DNA from: Eledone cirrhosa
Taxonomy: Eukaryota
Length of the DNA stretch: 64,000 nt
Direction of reading: 5' to 3'
Assembly (NCBI GenBank): GCA_964016885.1
Contig: OZ024750.1
Coordinates: 22,692,001-22,756,000, forward strand
Shown here: piece by piece, positions 56,366 to 64,000 of the stretch
Numbering within the stretch: the stretch's first letter is position 1
How the letters are laid out: every line of letters starts with the position of its first letter
Notes under the pieces: generated by a model
Seen by the model: only the letters and a program-made list of their open reading frames with translations
Told to the model about the DNA's origin: nothing
The model's database searches: none
Position numbers and translations under genes: made by a program

Positions 56366-56430
56366 AAAATGAGTGTTTCTTTGGAGGACACTGTTCCTCT
56401 AGATATATTTTCGTCACATTCGAATGCCCT

Positions 56431-56448
56431 ATGATACTGGATAAAAAG
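56431..56448 (+). CDS. Candidate first coding segment (MILDKK) or 5' UTR exon end of the unknown plus-strand gene
   Basis: Donor AAG|GTACGC at 56448, phase 0, compatible with exon 59618. Confidence 0.35.
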
Positions 56449-56858
56449 GTACGCTTAGCGTTATTTTTTCTTTTCATTTACATGTTCATTTATAATATAA
56501 AAATCGCGCGTTTACATGCACCCTACAATAAACATAAATCAACCACCGTCGATTTCAAACACAAACACGGGGTATCGTCTTTGGAGGATTGCCAGAGTCG
56601 ATATCGGCACCAGTTGCTGACTGATACTTTATATATCGACCCTGATGGCTGAAAGGCAAAGTTGCTCGAGGCTGAATTCGAACTCGGAATGTAAAGGGTG
56701 GTAACGAAATACCTCAAAACATTTCATCCGACGCTTTAACGGCTCTACCAATCTAGAAAAACATCCCAAACAACTTTTACTACCCACACGAACACTCTAG
56801 ACTTATAAAGAGTGACTATATATAATGGATTAGATTTAATAAACTAATATATATTATA

Positions 56859-57795
56859 CTAGCAGTGGTACCCGGCGTTGCACGGGATAAGGTATTTTGG
56901 AACGCGGGCCGCCAACAGACCTAATTGTGGAAAAACTGCATGCCTGGACAATATGTAAAGAAAATAAACCGAATACTCTGATGGCTGGATAATCTTTAAA
57001 ATTTTCCTCGATGAAGCAGGAAAAATGCAGGTTTTCACCTAATGCGGGCCCTAGGGGATCAAAAAAATGAATTTATTTTTATGTGCATAATATGCCTTGA
57101 AATTTCGGGAAAATCGGCTAGACGTAACGCCTCAAAATAGCCCTAAAAAGTTGAAAAAATTAAGTTTTTTACCTAATGCGGGCCCTAGGCCATAAACAAG
57201 TTGGATTTTCTTTGCTCACGGTATGAAGAAAAGACTGACTAATACATAGTTACAATTTCAAGGAAATCAGTCTGACGTAACTCCTTAAAAAAAACCTGAA
57301 AAAAGGCAGTTTATCACTTAATGCGGGCCATAGGGGATCAAAAAAATTGAATTTTATGTGCATAACACTCCCTGAAACATAAGTAATACACATGTAAAGT
57401 TTGAAAAAAGTCGGGTGGGTACTTCTCGAGTTTTAGGGATTCAAACTCACAGACAGACAATTCAGGGAAGTGACGTAATACAGACATACAGACAGATATT
57501 ATAAGGGCGCGTTCTGGACACAGAGGGAATTGTGGGAAGTGACGTAATGCAGACATACAGACAGATATTATAAGGGCGCGATGTTATATGAATCTATTAA
57601 AAAGAGAAAGACTAAGAATTATAGAGAGAGATCGCCTAATGCGATTGAAAATTGAAAATTAGAAATTTTTTTTGCTCAGAACACTCCCTTTACATGTGAA
57701 AAGTTTGAAAACAGTCGGTTGGGTGCTTCTCGAGTTTGGGGGATTCAAACTCACACACGCACACAGACAGACATCCTCAGTTCTATATATAGAGA
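56859..57795 (-). mobile_element. Non-autonomous Helitron with internal tandem duplications
   Basis: Minus strand A^TCTCTATATATAGAA 5' end, hairpin CCCGTGCAACGCCGGG, 3' CTAG^T. Internal repeats taatgcgggcc(c/a)tagg x3 and gggaagtgacgtaat...aagggcgcg x2. Confidence 0.85.
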
Positions 57796-57797
57796 TT

Positions 57798-58575
57798 ATA
57801 AAGAGTCTTGACCCAACGGCTGAGCTCTTGCTTTTGAATTCAGCACCAAAGATAATGGTGACAGTCTTCAAAGCAATTCTGGGAAAGGTCAACTTGTTGA
57901 AGAGGGCCACCAATTCCTATATTGACGATATCTTAGTAGACAAAGCCATGGTGTCGGCATGAGAGGTCTCAAGCCACCTAGAAAGGTTCAGGTGTACCGC
58001 GAAACTGCTAGAGGCGGTGGCAGGAGGAGTTGCATTGTGACTCACACTGCAACGAGACAAGACGTGTGCATTGGTATTTCAGAGAAGAAACGAAGCCCCA
58101 GAACTGGGCACTGGCATGGACAGACGAGAACTTTTCTCAGTGTGTAGGAAATTGGTGGGCCACTATCCCATTGCAGGGTGGCTCCGAACAGCATGCAGCT
58201 TTGTGAAGAGACGAGCGGACAGGGTGAGCTCAGGAGACAGAGTAGGAGATAGGATTGCAGTCATGATGCAGGAGATCGTAGAGAGGATAAAGGCAAAGGA
58301 CTCGGTAAGAGGAAGCTCGTATGTACCCAAGTTGGAGATCAGCGCCGTATGGTGTGATGCCAGCAGCATAGCGCTAGGGAGTGTTGAGGTTGAGGACGCA
58401 GCCTGGCTCAGGAAGGAGGAGGACTGCAACTACATCAACGTGGCTGAATTGGACGTCATGTTGAAGGGTGTGAATCTTGCTCTGAAATGAGGGTTGCGCA
58501 CCATAGAGATTCGTACTGATTCGGCCACTGTACTTGGATGGGTAGGGTCAGTACTTACCTGTGAGAGGAAGGTAG
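57798..58575 (+). mobile_element. Ty3/Gypsy-type LTR retrotransposon pol fragment (RT end + RNase H)
   Basis: LNSAPKIM...NSYIDDILV (YxDD); WCDASSIALG...INVAELD...RTDSATVLGW (RNase H D-E-D residues). Frameshift and stop present. Confidence 0.85.
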
Positions 58576-59617
58576 GAAAGAAAATATATCTCTAGGAAAT
58601 GGACCCTCATCTTATGGCGTAATTTGGTTCTCCAACCCTCTGCATTATTCAAAAACTGTGTGGTCAAGACCCTTGTATAACAGTGTCTATGTATATTAGA
58701 GGAGGTATGATGTCAGATTCTCATGAAGTTAACAAAACTCAAAAAAGGAATGAAAACAGAATGGGTTAGAGTTTTCTCTCTTACTTGATTGGCTTTCATG
58801 TAGAAGAGGTTGTTAAATATTTTACAGCTCTTTTAAGATATTTTCTTGTATATGTTCAAAACCATGTAGGATGTGTGGCCATTGTATATTGTAAATGATG
58901 CAGTGTATGTTGCATTTTGAGCAATGCTTCCCAACTTTTCACTTCCAAGGATCCCAGTCACTGTCATCCTTTTTCAACACTTAACTCAACCATTTCATTC
59001 CATTACTCTTTACAAGATCTATCACTAACTCTATTCCTATCACTCCTTTCACCCAGTTACTTTCATCTTTCCTCAACACATGACCCAACCATCTCATTCC
59101 ATTTCTCTTCACACCATTCATACCTGTCTCTACTCCCATCACTCTTCTCACTCAGTCATTTTATCCTTCCTCAACACATTGTCTCCCTCTTTCAACATTA
59201 CTCTGCTAATTCTTTTGCATTCTTTCCAGCCTTCTCTAATGCTCATCACCTGTGATGATGCAATCTTTTCTATCATCATCATCATTATGTCCACTTTTCC
59301 ATGCTGGCAGGGTTTGGACGGGATGTTTTAAAATAATTGTTTCTACTTTTGGCACAAGGCCAGCAATTACCCAGTGCATTACTGGTACTTTATTTTATCT
59401 ACCCCGTAAAGATGAAAGGCAAAGTTAACCTCGGCAGGATTTGAACTCAGAATGGCAAGGGCCGTAACTCTGTGCGTCAAAGCATGGCGTCCGACCCTCT
59501 ACCGATACTGCCAATCCACCTAAAATAATGTTTTACAGCTGGATGCCTTCCTGATGCCAACAATGTTATGTACAAACCTTTCTTATATTATGTGTATTTT
59601 TATTTTCTCTGGTACAG

Positions 59618-59750
59618 ATGTCTAGTTTCTCCGAGATTTCTGATTTACTGCCGGACCGAAATAAGCAGTTAGGTGATATTAGTATTGGCTCTTTTAATTC
59701 AACAGCTGATAACCCACTTTTGGATACATCTCTTCAAAATGAAATGCAAA
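59618..59750 (+). CDS. Unknown gene, exon A1 (MSSFSEISDLLPDRNKQLGDISIGSFNSTADNPLLDTSLQNEMQ)
   Basis: 133 nt, acceptor ttttctctggtacag, donor GTAAGT, open frame, paralogous to 63580-63712. Confidence 0.75.
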
Positions 59751-60660
59751 GTAAGTCATCCTCTATCATTGTGTTATAGAAACAATTATGATAGTATGTG
59801 GTGTAGTGGTTTAGGTGTTGGACTCACAATTATAAGGTCTTAGGTTTGAATCCTGGACCAAGTGGCACGTTGTGTTCTTAAGTAACATGCTTCATTTCAT
59901 GCTCTTTTTCATGATAGGATTATATTGTAATCAGGCCAAAGCACTCGACATCACGGATGCCACAAAGGATTACATGTATGGTATCAAAAAGAGTATCAAT
60001 ATTAAGAAAAGGAAGAGAGATGATATCACATATTCAACATCATTTTATTCTATTACAGAGGTGGATTGGCAGTATCGGTAGAGGGTCGGACGCCATGCTT
60101 TGACGCATAGAGTTACGGTCCTTGCCATTCTGAGTTCAAATCCCGCCGAGGTTAACTTTGCCTTTCATCCTCACAGGGTCGATGAAATAAAGTACCAGTA
60201 ATGCACTGGATAATTGCTGGCCTTGTGCCAAAAGTAGAAACAATTATATTCTATTACAGCATCCTGTTATGCACATTTCGAAAGTACAGAAAGGTTGTTG
60301 TTCAACGATTATTCCATGTTTTCATCAGACAGGCAGTGCAATTGTAAATAAAAATGAAGTTTGCTTTTGTTGATATGCTGCCATGGAAGATGTGTTTACA
60401 TATTGGCGTTCAGCAAATATATGTCCATACCAACTGTGGCAGGTCAGTGGACATGGGAGAGGGAGTTATAAAAGTGGTAATAGTAATAATAGTAGTTGGT
60501 ATAAATGGGTCAGTGATTGTTTTTTTGTCACATATTTCTCAGCTTATATATGAGTGTATACAGCACATATTTCCATTGTAATATGATAGTTTTGAATGTC
60601 TAATATTTTTTTTTAATCATTATATTTATGTAAATGTATATTTTCTTGATGTCCTTGCAG

Positions 60661-60786
60661 AGTTTTTGGCCGGTCTGAGAAGCTTTGAAGAGCTTATTGA
60701 AAATGCTGAACCTGAACATTTCCAAGCTATGAGTTGTCCTAAACAGCTCCTACCAGAGCGGGATGTTTCCAAGGAAGACCAAACAA
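60661..60786 (+). CDS. Unknown gene, exon B (KFLAGLRSFEELIENAEPEHFQAMSCPKQLLPERDVSKEDQT)
   Basis: 126 nt, acceptor gtccttgcag, donor GTAAGG, phase 1/1 in frame with A1. Confidence 0.65.
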
Positions 60787-61773
60787 GTAAGGAGGCAACA
60801 ATAGAGAATATGACCCCTCAACAAACTAATGAAGACCCCAGTTAACCTAACCAAAAGCCAGTTAACACAACCAATAGCCCAGACAACTCCTTCTGTTCAT
60901 TTTTTTTTTTTTTACTGGTTTCAGTCATTAGAACGTGACCATGCTGGAGCACTGCCTTTAAGCATGGTGCCTTATTAAAAATATTGGGTTTATATTTTAA
61001 AAATATTTAATTTTATAAATTCTTGATTACAACATTCTATGTAAAGATGCTTGGATTCTCCCAATTTTCTTTTACTTTCTCTTTTCATTGCCATATTTTA
61101 TTTAACATTCATTTAAATCAATTGCAGTAATTTTCCTCATTATCAAAAATAGTTCCATTAAATTATGATGACTTTGCTCTATCTATCTATCTATCTGTCT
61201 GTGATAGATAGCTATTGACTACTGACCATCTTGTCAACACTATTGTGAGCTCAAACTAATCTAGCACAAAGTGGTTGTCTTGTGACACTTACATTGACCT
61301 AAAGCTATGATTAAAAAAACACTTGTCAAAAGTAACTTGAAGTGGAATTGAACTCCAATCCACATGATTGCAAAGCAAACTTCTTAACCTTACAGTTATG
61401 CCTACATCCATGATTGTTGTTTTTCCATTTTCCCATGCTATCATGAAAAAAGAAGGAAATTTATAGCTCACATTTATGCAAGTTTAACTGGCCTTCTATT
61501 GGGTTGTATCTCATAGGAGGTTTCTGTGGGTGTTTTAATGAAAGGGACTCAGTCTTTTCATGAAAAGCAAGGGGAAATGAGGCATCTGGCTCAAGAACAC
61601 AATGCACCATCCTGTCCAAGAATTGAACCCATAACCTCGCAAGTAGGATTCCAACACTCTAACCACTAGGCCACATGCTATCATAAGTGAGATAGATGTA
61701 TCTTGTAAATGTGGATGTCAATTGTTGAGAACAATTTTCTTCTTTATAACTGATTGCCTTCTTTATATTACAG

Positions 61774-61802
61774 AACAGCCTGCCCTTCAAAATGTAGCCA
61801 AT
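61774..61802 (+). CDS. Unknown gene, 29 nt microexon C (KQPALQNVAN)
   Basis: Acceptor ccttctttatattacag, donor GTAAGT. Phase 1/0 restores the frame to exon A2. Confidence 0.6.
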
Positions 61803-62561
61803 GTAAGTACTCTAGTAATTTACTTACTTACCTACATCAAACAAGACTGAAGCCTTGAAAATGCTTTTTTTATGTTTTCTTCTTTTCCACTGAGTGCATT
61901 GGCTTCACAAAAAATACTCCTGATACTCTCAGTAAAGTGGTTGGTGTTAGAAGGGGGATCCAGCCATAGAAAATTTGCCAAACAAAAGGTTGAGAGATCC
62001 CTCCAGTTGTGTCAAAGACAACTTCCCTAGTGTTGGTGCCTTGATAAAACACACCCAGTGCACTCTATAAAGTGGTTGGTGTTAGGAAGTGTATTCAGTC
62101 ATAGAAACCTTGCCAAACAAAGGATTTGGGGGACCCTTTAGTTATGCCAGAAACACAATGACCTCTCTAGCTAGAGAGGTCATTGTGTGTGGCTAGTGCC
62201 ATGATAAAATGCACCCAGTATACTTTTTAAAATGTAGGAACGTATGTGAGATGGGGTCACTGGTCAGTCTGTGAGGACAGAAGCTCTGAGAGTGCTAAGT
62301 TGGTCTGTGATGACCCATCCAACCTATGTTAGCATGGAAAAATGACTGTTAAATATTGATAATTTAGATGCCCTTCCCCATACCATATGGTCATACTAAA
62401 TAACATGAAGTACTCATTAAATGGAATCTTAATCTCTCTTTTTAGCAATTTGTAACCAAAGTAAATTAGCTGTAAGATAAGTAGATTGTTCTGAAAGCAT
62501 GGGACTAACTATGGCATTGCAGGATCTCTGAAACAGGTGAAATCAATGATGTTCATATTCC

Positions 62562-62920
62562 TATTGATAATGAAAATTATTGTATACAGTGCTCAGGTGA
62601 ATGTCAGGTACATAGAATATTGTACAAATGTCAGGAACAGTGTATGAGTCATGATATACACACAGAAACGTGTGTGGAGGAGGAAAATTAGATGTAGTAT
62701 TGGCGAATTTTGGGAAGCATGGAAGTTTTGAAGGATGCAGTGTACCGACGGCTAATAACTGATGCTGGTAGTTTGTTCCATGCTTCAGCAATTCTGAGTG
62801 TGAAAAAATGTTTCCTTCAGATGAAACATCTACAAGGAGGGAATTCCAGAGGGCTGACATTCTAGGAAAGAAGGACTGGGTGGATAGGTTAGTGCAATGC
62901 CTTGTGTGGAATGGACAGAA
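62562..62920 (-). mobile_element. Two adjacent CR1/L2-type LINE 3' end fragments
   Basis: QSFFPRMSALWNSL and HFFTLRIAEAWNKLPASVI...SFK motifs; the 3' UTR is shared with ~5880-6020. Confidence 0.7.
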
Positions 62921-63579
62921 TATGAGTGATGAATAAATAAAAAATGGTTGTGAGTTCAATACTCGGACCGGGTGATGTGTTGTTTCCTTGAGCAAGACAC
63001 TTTATTTCACATTGCTCCAGTTTACTCAGCTGTAGAAATGAGATGATAGGACTGGGGTCCCTTTCATTCCACTGCAAAGTGATTGTGGAGGTGCCATGGA
63101 TAAAAAGCACTCAGCACTCACTGTAAATGAGGTTGGTGTTAGGAAGGGCATCCAGCTGTAGAAATCAAGCCAGAATCAGTCCACTATGAGCAAGATAAGG
63201 TCAGCCAACAGGACAACCCGTCTAACCCATGCTAGCGTGAAAGAATGGACGTAAAACGGTGATGATGATGATGATGATGACTCCATGGAAATATGAAACC
63301 AACAAACTCCAAGTAGCTGAGGTTACTGTAGTCATGATAGAAAATCAGAGACAGGAGACAGCATAACTGTGGGCCATAGATTACAGCATGTTGGTAGGTG
63401 ACTTATCAATCAATTGTGTGGCTTTTCCTATGAAGCCTATGTATGTGTATTGGCAGGAAGATCCTAGATATTGGAGCAGTGCTCCCTGTGGGTCTCACTT
63501 GAGTTATGTAGAGTTTTAGTAGTTATTGTGGTCTGAAGTATTTTCTGTGTCATGTGTATTTTTATTTTCTTTGGTACAG

Positions 63580-63712
63580 ATATCTAGTCTTTCTAATATG
63601 TCTGATCCACTACCAAACCCAGATAAGTTGGTTGATAATGTTGACACTACTTCTTACATGACAACAGCTGATAACCCACTTTTGGACACTTCTCTGCATA
63701 TTAAAGTACAAG
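63580..63712 (+). CDS. Unknown gene, exon A2 (ISSLSNMSDPLPNPDKLVDNVDTTSYMTTADNPLLDTSLHIKVQ), duplicate of A1
   Basis: 133 nt, same phases as A1, near-identical acceptor tgtgtatttttattttct..ggtacag, donor AG|GTAAAC. Confidence 0.75.
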
Positions 63713-64000
63713 GTAAACCATTTCCTGTCACTAACATTATATTAACTCTTGGATTTGGCAGTATCAGTAGAGCATCAGGCACCATGCTTTGCAGCATAGA
63801 GTTATGGCCCTTTACATTCCGGGTTCAAATCCCACCGAGGTTAACTTTGCCTTTCAGCCTTACAGGACTGATAAAAAATAAAGCACCAGTAATACACTGG
63901 GGTAATTGCTGGCCTTGTGCCAAAAGTAGAAACAATTATATTAACTCTTAACAACCTGTAATGATTTAGCAGAAAATATCTAAAAATAGGTTTGTTAATT

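Overview
AT-rich, microsatellite- and SINE-dense animal genomic DNA. The repeat types and composition suggest a coleoid cephalopod such as Octopus (inference). The window contains one complete 9-exon FAM76 family gene on the minus strand (CDS 55964 to 40463, 529 aa, all splice phases consistent). A divergently transcribed, unrecognised plus-strand gene shares its promoter region, appears to be built from a duplicated exon module, and runs off the right end. Weak candidate exons of a third gene lie on the minus strand at the left. Mobile DNA includes an internally deleted Hsmar1-like mariner with both TIRs, RTE and CR1/L2 LINE relics, a Gypsy-type RT/RNase H fragment, two non-autonomous Helitrons, TTAA-flanked piggyBac-like MITEs, Tc1-like MITEs and several tRNA-derived SINE families. 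The most unusual signal is a recurring set of fold-back inserts in (TA)n microsatellites. Several carry type I hammerhead ribozyme motifs (17.6-18.0 kb, 27.1 kb, 27.7 kb, 28.4 kb), consistent with Penelope-like/retrozyme termini. Most ORFs in the supplied track are microsatellite or repeat artefacts.
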